A model generated the notes under the pieces. It worked only from the letters and a program-made list of their open reading frames with translations. It did not search any database and was not told the DNA's origin. A DNA stretch of 64,000 nt, taken from the human T2T-CHM13v2.0 reference genome, Homo sapiens. Position 1 is the stretch's first letter, and the number at the start of each line of letters is the position of its first letter. Position numbers and translations under genes: made by a program. This document shows, one piece after another, positions 29,100 through 42,699 of the stretch. The stretch is taken from assembly GCF_009914755.1 (NCBI RefSeq), contig NC_060926.1; one strand, given 5' to 3'.

Positions 29100-32000
29100 T
29101 GATTCTTAGAACCTTACTCTGGCTGCTGTGAGGAGAATGGGTGAGGAAGAAGGCCCAGTGAGAGGCTGTTGCAGCCACGCTGGCAGGTAGTGGCGGGGAC
29201 AGGAGGACACACAGAGCCAGCTGAGGGCTGGGGAGTGAGAAAGGAGAGTAAGAACGCTGGAATTTATTTGGGAGCAATGGGGGCCCTGGGGGCTGCTTAC
29301 CTGATGTCACCCATCCAAGGACCTGGAGTGATGATGCTCCTGCACTGGTGGGTGCAGATGTGGAAGCACAGTCCTAGGTCTGTCTTTGGTGTGTGTGCCG
29401 AGTGCAGGAGTGCAGGACTTTCCTAGGGCTCCCTGTTAGACCTTGGAGCCCAGGGCCGATGTGCTGCCCGGAGGTGGGGTCAGTGCCTCACTCGCTGAGG
29501 TGTGGCAGCAACTGGCACCTGGTGAGCAGTCGGTACAGCATGGCTGATTGACAGGAAGGCCAGAGGGAGGAGGCTGGACAAGTGCCCACTCAAGACATAT
29601 CTCTGGCTCCATCTCTACCCTCTTTTCTGAGCTGCATTCCGGAGTTGGTGAAATGTCACAAGCCTCCTAAGAGCAACTCTAAAAATTGTCTTTGGAGGTC
29701 ACATTTTTTATAATCATGGAACTATTTAAAGGACAGAAAACACTGGCTGAGAATTGGAAGGACCCCAAGGGAAATAGGAGCTCAGATTCATTGGGCACCT
29801 AACTGTATTAAATCAGGAAAATGAGGCTCAGAGAGGTGAGACAACCTACCCAAGGAGAGGCCAGTTGGCTGCCTGGCCACCTCTGCCCAGATGAATCCTG
29901 GCCACTCTGCCTGTGACCTTCTTGCCCAGAGGAAAGGCCCACCTAAAAAGAAGGCTTCCAGGTGAATTCAAATGCAAAGGAAGAGAAGGGTGGCATCACC
30001 CATGCTTGGTTCTCAGCCTGGCAGCGCTGTTAAAGCAAACGAAGAGTTGAAAACTGTTTCTGAGCAATGAGCCCTTAGAGCTGGGGCTGTGATGTGTATG
30101 AGTTGGGCAGATGTGAGACAGTCTATCCCACCAGATGCAGGCACATCTGATTCTCAGCCACCATCTAAAGTGGCGTGCCAAGCCTTCATTCCCTGCCTCA
30201 CACATGGTGCTCATGCGCACACCCACACCCACACCCTGCCTGAAAAGAAGCTTTCCCTGGGCTTTAGGCTCTGGCCTCCCAAGACCTCAAGCAGTAGCCA
30301 ATGGTTGGGTGATCCTGGTAGCCATCTCTAAAATCACCTTAGATGTCACTTTTGCCTTGGGACTTGATTGCCAACCCCTGAAATAGGTGTTGGGAGCGTG
30401 GTTAGAATTTCTCCTGTGATATCAGCACTGCTCCAGCAGCTGCACCCACCCACGTCGTGGGGTCACTTGCGGCCTGCACAGTAGGACCAAAGTGAGGCTC
30501 TAGAATCTCCAGGACAGCAATGCCAAAAGATATTTCTTTCCCATATTCCCTTCCATTCTTCATTGGCAAGGTAGAAACCAAATTTTTGACAGAGAAATTA
30601 GATGTGTCAGTGATTCACCCCCTTACAGTGTGATTAAGCTGCTTTTGATCATCTGTGCTAGATGTAAAGACTACGAAAATTCAGGAAAATAGAAGTGTTA
30701 AGGAAATAGAGCCAGCACATCAACATGTTAGGACTGATTTCCATCTTCGGGAGGACAGAACAAAAGATGGGTCTTCACCAGGAAGCAAGGGACAAAAAGA
30801 AGCCCAACAATCAGCTGATGTGCTGTGAGTAGGGACAAGAAAACTGCACAGAGAATCTGCGGATAAATTATTCCTGGGTAATTCTGACTCTTGATGCAGA
30901 GGAGCCCACACAGAACTCTGTCTCACAGGTGCTGGTTGCCTGGCTGCCTGGTTGCCAAGTAGAGAAGGAAGATACAAAAAATTCTGTTCCCTTACAGTGC
31001 ACTTGACGTCACTACAGTAATTTTTTTTTAAATCAAGCACATTTAGACATTTCTTCCTTTTAGACATTCTCTTTGAAGAATCAAAGAGGGAGGAATTTGG
31101 GTGCGGTGTGAGGCAGCATACAATTCTCAGAGGACCCCTGGGCTGCCTGTGCGTCGTGAGCAGTGGGCTGGGGGAGAGAGCTCCCATCCTAAAGGCTTTG
31201 TAGCTTGCAAGGCTCAGAACAAACAGATTTTAGTTCATTGCTTATCTGATCAGTATTCACTTCCTAGATTTTTTTTTCAGTTAGGACTACATTCTTTATT
31301 GTCAATTGAATATTAATGATTTGGAATTTTCCACCTTTGATACTGGCAACGAAAGGTGCTAACCTGACATCAACAACCCAGGACTCTTCCCTTGAGTTTG
31401 CTGCAAGGGGTCTCCAGAAAGGGGCTGATGGGAGTGAGGTGTTTACCCAGCTCCTTCCATCCCAAATTAAATATTCAAATTGGGTTTGTTCTGGGGCATT
31501 GTTAAGGCTTGAGCTTTAATTTAATGGAAATGGCATTGTCCCTGGAAGAAAGGTTTCATTAGGCCAGGCCGCAAACTTTTCCCATTATCCTCTGGAGGAA
31601 ACAATCTGGGTGACAGCCTGCCCGTCATAATCCCCGCTCCAGATTTATGGTGACAAAAGACTCTTAATACTGAAAATGTTCGGGGGGAGGAGAAACACTT
31701 CCCAAACAAGAAGTCTCTCCTTTCCAGGCCAGGTAACAAAGGGTCAGGAGGAATTTGGTGGGGGCCTCCTGGCCACCTGCCGGTTAAGCCCATGGTCAGT
31801 AGATTAACTGCAGCTCTGACTGAGTGTTTAGAAAGGCAAGTTACATGGCAGAGCAAACAAAATTCAGACTGTGCTTTACACATGGTAATCCCAAATTTAA
31901 TAAGGCTTCACCACTGGGAAGCCAGAGCCCAAAAGGTAGCTGAGGTGTGGGGCTCTATTGTTCCCAGCCAGGGTTGTCGCCATTGGTTGTCTGAGCAGCC

Positions 32001-32429
32001 TCTGGGCCCACCCCCCTGGGGGTCTGTGGCCTCAGCTAAGAAAATTCCTCCTGGCCCTTTGGGGGGAGTCTGTTGTTTTCCTTCCTGCCAAGCTTCACCG
32101 GCCTTGTCCAGAGTCAAGTCACAACTTTGCCTGAACAAAGTCCCTGCAGAAGGCTTGGGTGGTCAGAAGGCCATATGAGCTTCCAGCCCTGTGGGCTGCA
32201 CCAGAATCCGCCTCCCTGACCTGTGGGCTCATCATGGATGGGGCTGAGGCTTCACGAAAGAGTCCTGGGAAGTCTGTGATCCAGCCTTGGTCAAAGCTGC
32301 TGAGGGCCCAGATGTTTGTGCCCTGTTGAATTTCAGGCCTCTAAGGTGGGGGGTATGTGGGGTAGGTGTGAGTTATTTCTGAAATTATAATGAGCTGAAG
32401 GAATGTTTCTCTGTGGCCATCTTCCTGAT

Positions 32430-32788
32430 TGTATTAGTCCATTTTCACACTGCCGATGAAAACATACCCAAGACTGGGTAATTTATAAAGAAAAAGAGGT
32501 TTAATGGACTCACAATCCCATGTGGCTGAGGAGGCCTCACAATCATGGTGGAAGGCAAAAGGCACTTCTTACATGGCGGTGGCAAGAGAGAATGGGAGCC
32601 AAGCAAAAGTGAAACCCCTTATAAAACCATCAGATCTCATGAGACTTATTAACTACCACGAGAACAGCATGGGGGAACCGCCACCATGATTCAATTGTCT
32701 CCCACTGGGTCCCTTCCACAACACATGGGAATTATGGGAGCTACAATTCAAGATGAGATTTGGGTGGGGACACAGCCAAACCATATCA
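32430..32788 (-). mobile_element. THE1B-like MaLR solo LTR
   Basis: Reverse complement of TGATATGGTTTGGCTGTGTCCCCACCC...GGACTAATACA; 5-bp TSD ctgat/atgat; ~360 bp. Confidence 0.9.
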
Positions 32789-33519
32789 ATGATCATTCTT
32801 CATTGAGCAGCTATTTATCACCTACCTGCTATGTGCCAGGCACTGTGTTCAAATGCTCAGGACATTAAGGTGAAACAGAAAATAGACATGATCTTGCTTC
32901 ACAAGGACCACAAACTGAGCTAAGTGCTGCAAAGGAGAGAATAATTGTCCCATGAGCCCATACAATACAGGGACTTCACTGAGTCAAGGGGAACAGGGAG
33001 GACTTTTCTAAGGAAATGAGCCACAGCAGAGATCTGAAGGGTACCAAGGGGCTAAGCCAGGCTGATGATGGGAGCAGAAGGGAATGCAGGGTGAAGGGAA
33101 GCCCACCAGTGTGGTAGAGTGTCTCAACAAGATGTGTACAAGTTGTATACAAGGAAGCTGGCCTCCTTCATTCTGACTCCTGGGGATCACAAGCCTGCAC
33201 AAGAAGAAATGTGGGAAAAGCAGGGAATCTGGGAAAAACTAAAAATACAAAAATTAGGTGAGCATGGTGGCTTGTGCCTAGGAATCGCATCTATTCAGGA
33301 GGCTGAGGCAGGAGAATCGCTTGAACCTGGGAAGTGTTCCTAGTTTATGTGTATCATTTGTAAGAGGGCCACGGGATGCCGAGAATCTGTAAACAATTCC
33401 TGAGGAAACCCTAAACCTCAGGTGAACCTCCTGGACCTGGGCACCAAGCTGCTGAAAGATGAAGCAATTAAAAATGAAAAAACAATGTTCAAAAAGATAG
33501 TTTTCTGAATCTCCTTATT

Positions 33520-34950
33520 GTTCAAGATGGAAACCCAGTACACACATTTGCCTCCCATCTTTCCAGAAATCTTGCTGAAATAGTTTTAGAATTCCAAAAA
33601 GACATAAACCCATAATACTAAGGAGAGGAGGAGGAGGTCACCCACAGATAAGAGATGTAAGCAGATTTCTGGAATATGTGAAGTGTATGGGAGACATTAT
33701 TAGAGGAAACAGCTGATGACGGCCACATAAAATGCTCTATGGAGGGGCAACAGAGAAGATGGAAGCCGGTTCACCCAGGAAACCTCAGAAAGATTCAGGA
33801 AAGGTATGTACACAATTGCACAGTAAATCCACACCATCTATAGTGCTTTTATTTTCCAAAATTTGGGTTTACTGTGATGACTGAGGAGGCATAAATGGAG
33901 AAATGAGGAGAACCATTTGCATGAATGAAATATATGAAAATAAACAAGCAGTTACCTAGTGCAGTGGCATGTATCTGTAGTCCTAGCTATTCTGGAGGCT
34001 GAGGCAGGAGAATCACTTGAGCCTGGAAGTTTGAGGACAGTTTGGACAATGTAGCAAGACCCTATCTCTTAAAAAAAAAAAACAGAAAAATATCACTTCT
34101 GGGGAAACAGAACTTAAAGAACAGATTACTCAAAAATTTTTTTAGAATTCTCGAACAGAATTGGGAAGATAATACATTCTAAAAATGGGATCTTGAGAAC
34201 AGAATGAGCTCTTGGAAATTAAAAATGCAATTGGTGAAATAAAATAGTAGAAGGACTAAAAAGTTGAAATATCACAAAGCATAGAGCAGAAAGACAAAAT
34301 GAGAAAATATGAGGGGGAAAATAATAAAAGACATATGTAATAATCCAAGATCTAAAAGGCATCCTAGAAAGAAAAAAGAAGTAAAGGGGAGAGAATTCTC
34401 AAAGCACAGAAGAACATTTCCTAGGGCTGAATGAGAATAGTCCTATGAAAAAGATCCACAACTAGACATAATCCAGGTAAAATTTCAAAACATGAAGTAA
34501 AAAGAATAGATTGTAAAAGTCTCCAAAGCAAAAGAGCCGGACACCTACAAATAAGCAGCAGTCAGAATGGCATCAGACTTCTCAGCAACACTAGATGCTG
34601 GAAAATAATGGGTGCTGAGGGAAAACGGTTTTCAGTCTAGAATCCTATACACAAACTATCCACCAAGAAGAGGACAACAGGAGAGTTTTCAAACAAACAG
34701 GTACAGAAAGTTTACCTCCAACAGGCCCTTTCTTAGGAAGTTGCTGGAGCAAGTTACTCCTGCAAAAGCAGGACATAAGATGGGAGAGAGAAGAAAATCT
34801 GAGGTTGAACTTAGGAAAGCCATAAAGAGTCTCAAGGGGACAGCTGTGCAGCACCTTGGAGAGCAGCCAGCCATACTGCTGTGGGATCACAGAAGACTTA
34901 AGAGGAACAGGGGAAAGGCAATTATTAGTAGATTAGAGAACATAATTCAT
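33520..34950 (+). mobile_element. Ancient HAL1/L1M ORF1-region remnant containing Alu monomers (~33952-34082; another at ~34978-35120)
   Basis: A-rich; agaatggcatcagacttctcagcaacactagatgctgg...tagaatcctatac resembles the ORF1 C-terminal region. Confidence 0.6.
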
Positions 34951-35496
34951 TTAAAATTCAGATTTAAAATAACACAGAGCTGAGCATGGTGGCATGTGCC
35001 TGTAGTCTCAGCTACCCAGGAGGCTAAGGTGGGATGATAGTTTGAGCCCAGGAGTTCAAGCTCAGCCTGGGCAACATAGCAAGACCCTGTCTCTAAAAAA
35101 AAAAAAAAAAAAAAAAAAACACACACAAAAAAACAAAAATGAAAAGAAAATTAACATAATAGCAAATAATGCAAGCAAGAATAAAGGCATCTGGAAACCC
35201 TATGGAGAAAAATTGGGTTAAAAAAAAGTCAAGCTCTGAATATGAAGCAAACTAGGAGACATGATATGAAGCAACTGACGAAGTATAAGCAATGAGAATC
35301 CTTTTGACTTGGTGCTGGAAATACACTCTTTTTAGAGGTCCAGTGATCATGACACTGAACTTGAAGAGCAGGAAGTATAATCCTAATATTACTATTAGTA
35401 AATAAGAATTACATAATAATACAATGAAGCCAATGTGATCAGTTTCCCATTTTAAGACTCAACCTTTAAACAAAGCTTAGAAAACTAGGGTGTGTG

Positions 35497-36406
35497 CATC
35501 TGACAAAGGGCTAATATCCAGAATCTACAAAGAACTTAAACAAATTTACAAGAAAAAATTAACCCCATCAAAAAGCGGGCAAAGGATATGAACAGACACT
35601 TCTCAAAAGAAGACACTTATGCAGCCAATAGACACATGAAAAAATGCTCATCATCACTGGCCATCAGAGAAATACAAATCAAAACCACAATGAGATACTA
35701 TCTCACACCAGTTAGAATGACGATCATTAAAAAGTCAGGAAACAACAGGTGCTGGAGAGGATGTGGAGAAATAGGAACGCTTTTACACTGTTGGTGGGAC
35801 TATAAACTAGTTCAACCATTGTGGAAGACAGTGTGGCAACTCCTCAAGGATCTAGAACTAGAAATACCATTTGACCCAGCCATCCCATTATTGGGTATAT
35901 ACCCAAAGGATTATAAATCATGCTGCTATAAAGACACATGCACACGTATGTTTACTGCAGCACTATTCACAATAGCAGAGACTTGGAACCAACCCAAATG
36001 TCCATCAATGATAGACTGGATTAAGAAATTGTGGCACATATACACCATGGAATACTATGCAGTCATAAAAAAGGATGAGTTCATGTCCTTTGTAGGGACA
36101 TGGATGAAGCTGGAATCCATCATTCTGAGCAAACTATCACAAGGACAGAAAACCAAACACCACATGTTCTCACTCATAGGTGGGAATTGAACAATGAGAA
36201 CACTTGGACACAGGAAGGGGAACATCACACACCGGGGCCTGTTGTGGGGTGGGGGGAGGGGGGGAGGGATAGCATTAGGAGATATAGCTAATGTAAATGA
36301 TGAGTTAACAGGTGCAGCACACCAACATGGCCCATGTATACATATGTAACAAAACTGCATGTTGTGTATATGTACCATAGAACTTAAAGTATAATAAAAA
36401 AATTTA
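35497..36406 (+). mobile_element. 5'-truncated L1PA with 16-bp TSD
   Basis: ORF2 C-terminus plus 3' UTR and A tail; perfect TSD aaaactagggtgtgtg at 35481-35496 and 36407-36422. Confidence 0.95.
35588..36190 (+). pseudogene. L1 ORF2p C-terminal fragment (cysteine-rich region), no EN/RT domains
   Basis: ...[16 protein letters not shown]...[10 protein letters not shown] is the L1 ORF2p C-terminus. Confidence 0.92.
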
Positions 36407-36777
36407 AAAACTAGGGTGTGTGGCAGGACAGAATAGAAACTTTAACCTTAATAATGTAAAAGTACAACTGTAGTGGCAGAAGGTGGGATGTAGAAAGGAA
36501 AAGAAAGGTTAGAGGAGAGGATATTTGTAATAATATCCTCAACTTGCAAAGCAGATAGTCAAGAGGCACTGGGGAAAGTTGACGGATCCATAAATATAGG
36601 TTTAAACATTTTATCAAAGTTACAAAGGCAAACCATAGAAGACAGGAATATCTAAATACTGAACATTGAAATTCACACTCAGAATTCCACAGATACCTGA
36701 AAAAATGGTAAATGAAGAAGTAGAAATAAAAGTATATTACAAGTATAATGGGTATATGTTATATGGGGAAATCCACC

Positions 36778-36898
36778 TAGGGCCAGATAAAATATAATAT
36801 TATGCAGTATTTGGGACGTATCTATTCATTGTTTATCTGACATTTGAATTTGACAGGGCATCCTGTATTTTTTTTTTCTCCTAAGTCTAGCAACCCTA
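36778..36898. mobile_element. MER53 (internally deleted)
   Basis: taggg..ccagataaaat ... cattgtttatctgacatttgaatttgacagggcatcctgtatt...gcaacccta; TSD aatccacc/gatccact. Confidence 0.75.
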
Positions 36899-36933
36899 GA
36901 TCCACTAGAGGAACTAAAAATCAAAAGTGTGCA

Positions 36934-37227
<294 letters not shown>

Positions 37228-37787
37228 GTATATACTACTTGATCTGTAACTGTAGGTTTGCATTATTTTGATAAGAATAAAAAATTTCAGATGTGTTCAG
37301 TGCATTTAGGAAATCAATCCCTTATTTTGAATATATATAGGAAGAGGCATATTTATTAAATCAGCCTTGCCCTGTCCCACTTAATACATTTTAAGCAAGT
37401 ATTTAAAGAATATTAGTTTGCAAGGATTCCATTTGTAAGCCTGTCAGGCACCAACAGGACTTAGGTGCTTTGGTCAAGTATGTGCCAGATGCTGTGGGAG
37501 GTTGCTGGGTCTAGGAACTGGCGAAGAGACAAGATATATATTGTGTACAGAACAGCTAACTCTTTAAGGGAGGTTGGCTTCTATTGAAGTCAGATGATTG
37601 CGGGAAAATGGTGGTAAAGGTGGTGACTGCTAAGTGCTACAGGGGCTGAGCTGAGGGAGCAGGTGAAAAGCAGAACAGGGTTGGTGATGAAGATGAGGCT
37701 TAGAGGAAGAGGAGGAGGGTTTGGAAAAGGAAGAGGCAGCGATTCTAGCGCCTGCTTTTAAAGACCCTGATTTAAACCACACCTTAG

Positions 37788-38105
<318 letters not shown>

Positions 38106-40522
38106 TTAGCTGTCTGCCTGCCCCCAACCTCTCCCAAATGCACCCCAACGAGCACCCACTTTTTGTGGGTCTCCAAACCTTCAAAAGGCTACTCAACCAG
38201 TGGATAAATGTCCAAGAGACCTTCCAAAGTGATGAATCAATGGTCAAGAGGTGATGGGGAACCACTGCTTTGGCTGGGTCTAAGCAAACCCTGGCTAGAG
38301 GTCTCCCAGGCCTGGCGGGCCGAGAAGATTAGCCTAACCCCTAGGGAAAAGTCCCTTCCCTGATCAACTCAGTGCGAGGCGTTAACCTTGTTTGAATCCT
38401 GATTTGAAACACCATCTGCCAAAGTTCATTTCTAAGCCAAATGAGGAAATTTGAACATTGCCTCAATATTGGTAGGATTGAGAAACTACCGCCAATTTTT
38501 TAAAGTAATGAACTATGGTTGTGCTTTTAAAGGAGACTTTAAATATTCGGAAATACTTATATCTACATATTTGAGAATTAATTTAGTATAATCCAATGTG
38601 GTCTTGCCGCAGGGGGTTGTGTGTTAAAACTATTGGCTATAAATTCTTGTACTTTAGTATGTGTTTAAAATTGTCAATAATAAAATTCCTCACTTAATAT
38701 TCCTTGCTCTCTCTATAGATAACAGTCCCTTAGACTTGCTTAGCATGTATGGGTTACATTTATATCAAATTACCCTCGTGATCCCTGGAATACTCCAGTT
38801 GGGCAGTTAGGAAGTTTTTACTGATGAGGAAACAGAAAGACAAAGGCACACGAAGGGCTGACTTGGAGAGAGGTTCTCCCTCCTCTCTCAGGACACCTAA
38901 AGGTGGCAGGAAATACCTTCATGGCTTACAGAATATTTTACCTTTCTGAGTGCTCAATAATAAGTACTCCTGGCACCACTTTGTTTCTTTATTCAACATA
39001 TAGCTGTTGAGCATCTGCTGTTTGTCATACTTTCCAGGGTGGCAGAGATAGAGATACCAGACATTTTTCCTACTTCCAGTTCTTCAGATATTTTTCCAAA
39101 ATCAGATGGGATATTTTGCCCCAAATCTGAAGACCCTTTAACTAGAAACTCCCTAGAGAGGAAAAAACCACAGCCCTAGCCCCTGCCCATACCCAAGAGC
39201 CTTAGCTCATTCCTAGATACCAAATCACAGGGCAGGCCCCATTGATTCTGACTCCTGCAATTCCTGTCCTTCCCTCCCGGGAAAGACTCAGCAGGGCAGG
39301 GAACCTATGCTTGGGACAAGAACATCTTCCCCATGACCTTCACTGGAGGCCCCCAAAGCAGAACTTGAGCACCCCCTTGGTCTGCCGCTGTCTTCCATGT
39401 GGCAATACCCAATTGCCCAAGGGCAACAAACATTCTAGGACCTGGCCCCTAGGCACCTGACAGGCAGCCACCTCGCCACTGCAATGGCCCCAGCTCCCAC
39501 TTCCCTGGGTTGCTGGAGGGTTTCTTACGTCAGCTAGGTTGCCCCTCCTCCACCCCGTAAACACCCCGTAAAAGAGAGACTCCAGCTGTCTCTCTTCCTT
39601 GGACAGCCTCCGTCAGCCAGGCATTTTGTGGTTCCTCCTCAGCACTCAGCACTGTGCCACCATCCTCCTCCTCCCCATGGGGCTGAAACAGCCATGGCTG
39701 ATGTCTCCAGGGAGCATCTCATGAAGAGACCCCATGATGGGTGGTGCTTAGACAGCCATTGTTCCTACTCTGGCTTCCCTAGCCTGCTTTCCTCCAGCCC
39801 CGCATACTGTTCCCCTTCCCTTCCCTCTGTCTTCCTCAGTCAGTACCTACCTTCTGTCCCACAGGCTGGCCAATGACTTCACTGTCCCATCTCCTCAGGG
39901 ATCACTCTGGAAGACCCTCTCATAGCTGAGGGGGCTGGCCTCCGAGTTCTCCACAAGTGGTGGGCTCTGGCCCTCTTCCCGCCATGTACCAGCTTGTTGG
40001 CCTGTCCTTTGTCTCTTCCTTCAACTTAGCTTGAGCCAGCTCACTGAGTAGGGACAGTCACATCCAATTCAAGACCTTCCCACTGTTCATGTTTCTTTTC
40101 CTGGAGCCAGGATTTTAAATTTGAGGTGGATTTATTGGGCATTTACTATATGCTAGGAAATGTGCTAAATACTTTTGTACATTATTTCGTGTAATCTGCC
40201 AAACAATGAGGTTTTTAAATTAAATTTCCTCTAAGACATCTGAAGATACTATTATCTTAGGCTTAGAGAGGGTAAGGAGCTTGCAGAACCAAGGTTTAAA
40301 CCCAGGCGGTTCATCTCCAGAGAAGGCTTGAAGGCTGAATAAAGTGAGTAGCAATTACATCATAAATAGAACCACCCATGGACATAAGGAGATCCAAACT
40401 CTACTCTCACCTCTGCCATGAAACAGATGTGGGCAAATCATTTAATCACTCTGAGCGTCACTTTTTTCATCTTCAAAATGTGCATTGGAGAAGCAGGGCT
40501 AACAGACACTCTCTCGTGGGAT

Positions 40523-40735
40523 GCAGTGTAACACAATGATTAAGCATGTGGATTCTAGTGCTAGGTTGTCTGGGTTCAAATGGTAGTTCTATTCATGAAT
40601 TATGTGACCAAATTGCCTTGTGTCTCAGTTTCCTCATCTGTGAAATGGGTATGATGATAACAGTACCTATGGCATAGCATTATGGTGAGAACTAATTGGT
40701 GCATATCTGGTAGAGCAGTGCCTGGCATATAGCCA
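40523..40735 (+). mobile_element. MIR SINE
   Basis: MIR core tctcagtttcctcatctgtgaaatggg and 3' cagtgcctggcatatag. Other MIR fragments at ~5700-5900, ~22300-22440 and ~50620-50820. Confidence 0.75.
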
Positions 40736-40742
40736 CCATTAA

Positions 40743-41135
<393 letters not shown>

Positions 41136-42699
41136 TAGCCAGAGTTTTCATGTTTAGAAATCAGGAGTTAAAGCCTCGTCTTTAATAAGAAAAATCCTCA
41201 CACTTATACAGTAAGTCACTCCCTTCAAAACACATGCACATATAATTTTACATTAGGACCTCATAATTCTGGTAAGTCAGCAATAAAACTGTACATTTGT
41301 GCAGCTCTTCACAGTGACTGATGCATTTGAACCCACTTCCATTCACTTTGGCCCCACCCCACACTATGAGGCAGGCAGGATAGGCAATGTGGCCACTCAG
41401 GGACAAGGAAGCCTTCAGTCAGATGTAGTAGGTGACTTGCTTGAGGTCACACATTAATGGGCAACTGAACCAGCCTTGATGCTGAAAGATCCTAATTTCC
41501 AGTCTAGAAATCTCTCCAGAAAGAAATCTCTCTCTGTTCTGCAAGGTACTTTGTGCTTATATGTGTGTTGGGTCCCCGCAGACCTGAACCAGAATGTGGG
41601 TAGAATTCACCCCTGGCAAAAAGAGCTCCTCTCTTGTAACCACGGACTTAACCAGTCTTTATCTAGAATGGAATCCCCTTTTCTAGAGATTGTAGGTACC
41701 TAGGGTCACTGTTACCTCACAAAGGGTGGAAAAAAGAGGGGAAAAGGCCCTGGGCTCAGAAACACCCCTGTTCTCATCCCTGCGCTGGCCCTTGATAAGC
41801 TTTGTGGCCTTGGGCAAATCATGAGAGCTGTCTAAACTCTCTGAGAAATGTGGACGGGCACAACCACTTTGTCGGGAAGCTGAAAGCATTAGCAATGACA
41901 CGTCGTAGGCATCAAGGAGGCGTTCAATAAATGGTAGTTTAAAAACAAAACAAAACAACAACAAAACTCCTTTCTCCAGAAGGCCAGTATGGCTGACAGA
42001 CCAGCCTCTGGCCTCACTTCTGCCCTTGGAGATGCTGGCGCCCAGAAAGGCAGCAGGCAACGCAGACAGGTGACTTTCAGTCCTGAAACATATATTCTCA
42101 CGTTGGGTACCTGCTGTTTTTAATGACTAATTTTTTCCCCCTGATACAGCCATCATTTAGCAAATACCAGGGCTAGTTATTAATTTAAAAACACCTTCAG
42201 CCTGTGCTTACAGAAACTGCCATTTCCCCCCTCGGGAATGAGTTTTTCGTTATGTTTTTAAAATTAGCTGGCGCTTGAATTTCATTTTCCATCCAAGCTT
42301 CCCTGTTATCTGTAAGGTCACAGAAACACATAGGCCGCGGACAGTCCAATCCCAGATATTAGGCTCCCGGAATTAAAAGCTGAAATAAGTAAATAAAGAG
42401 AGAACGCCCAGGGATTTTTTCAGAGCAGAAAGCCGGTCCCCAGCGTGACGCGGAAGCCAGGTTGCCTCCTCAAGTGACTCTTCCCTTACATTTGGAGGTG
42501 AAGGCTGAGGAAGAAGAGGTGACAGAGAAGGAAAAAGGCCTGTGCCCTATATCGCCAAGATCTGTTTCTTCTCCGCTCAGCAACGTGAAAGAATGAGAAT
42601 GCATTCTGGAGGAAGAAGGGAAAAAAAAAAAAAAAAAAAAAAACAAGCGCTGATTGTCCCTTTAAGCCATTTCAATCACAGTCTCGCAGTTAAAATAAT

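Noticed and set aside
35588-36190. Intact 200-aa ORF as a new gene
   Set aside because: L1 ORF2p C-terminus in a 5'-truncated, promoterless insertion.
39551-39572. 11-bp tandem duplication CACCCCGTAAA x2
   Set aside because: Ordinary slippage duplication with no functional cue.
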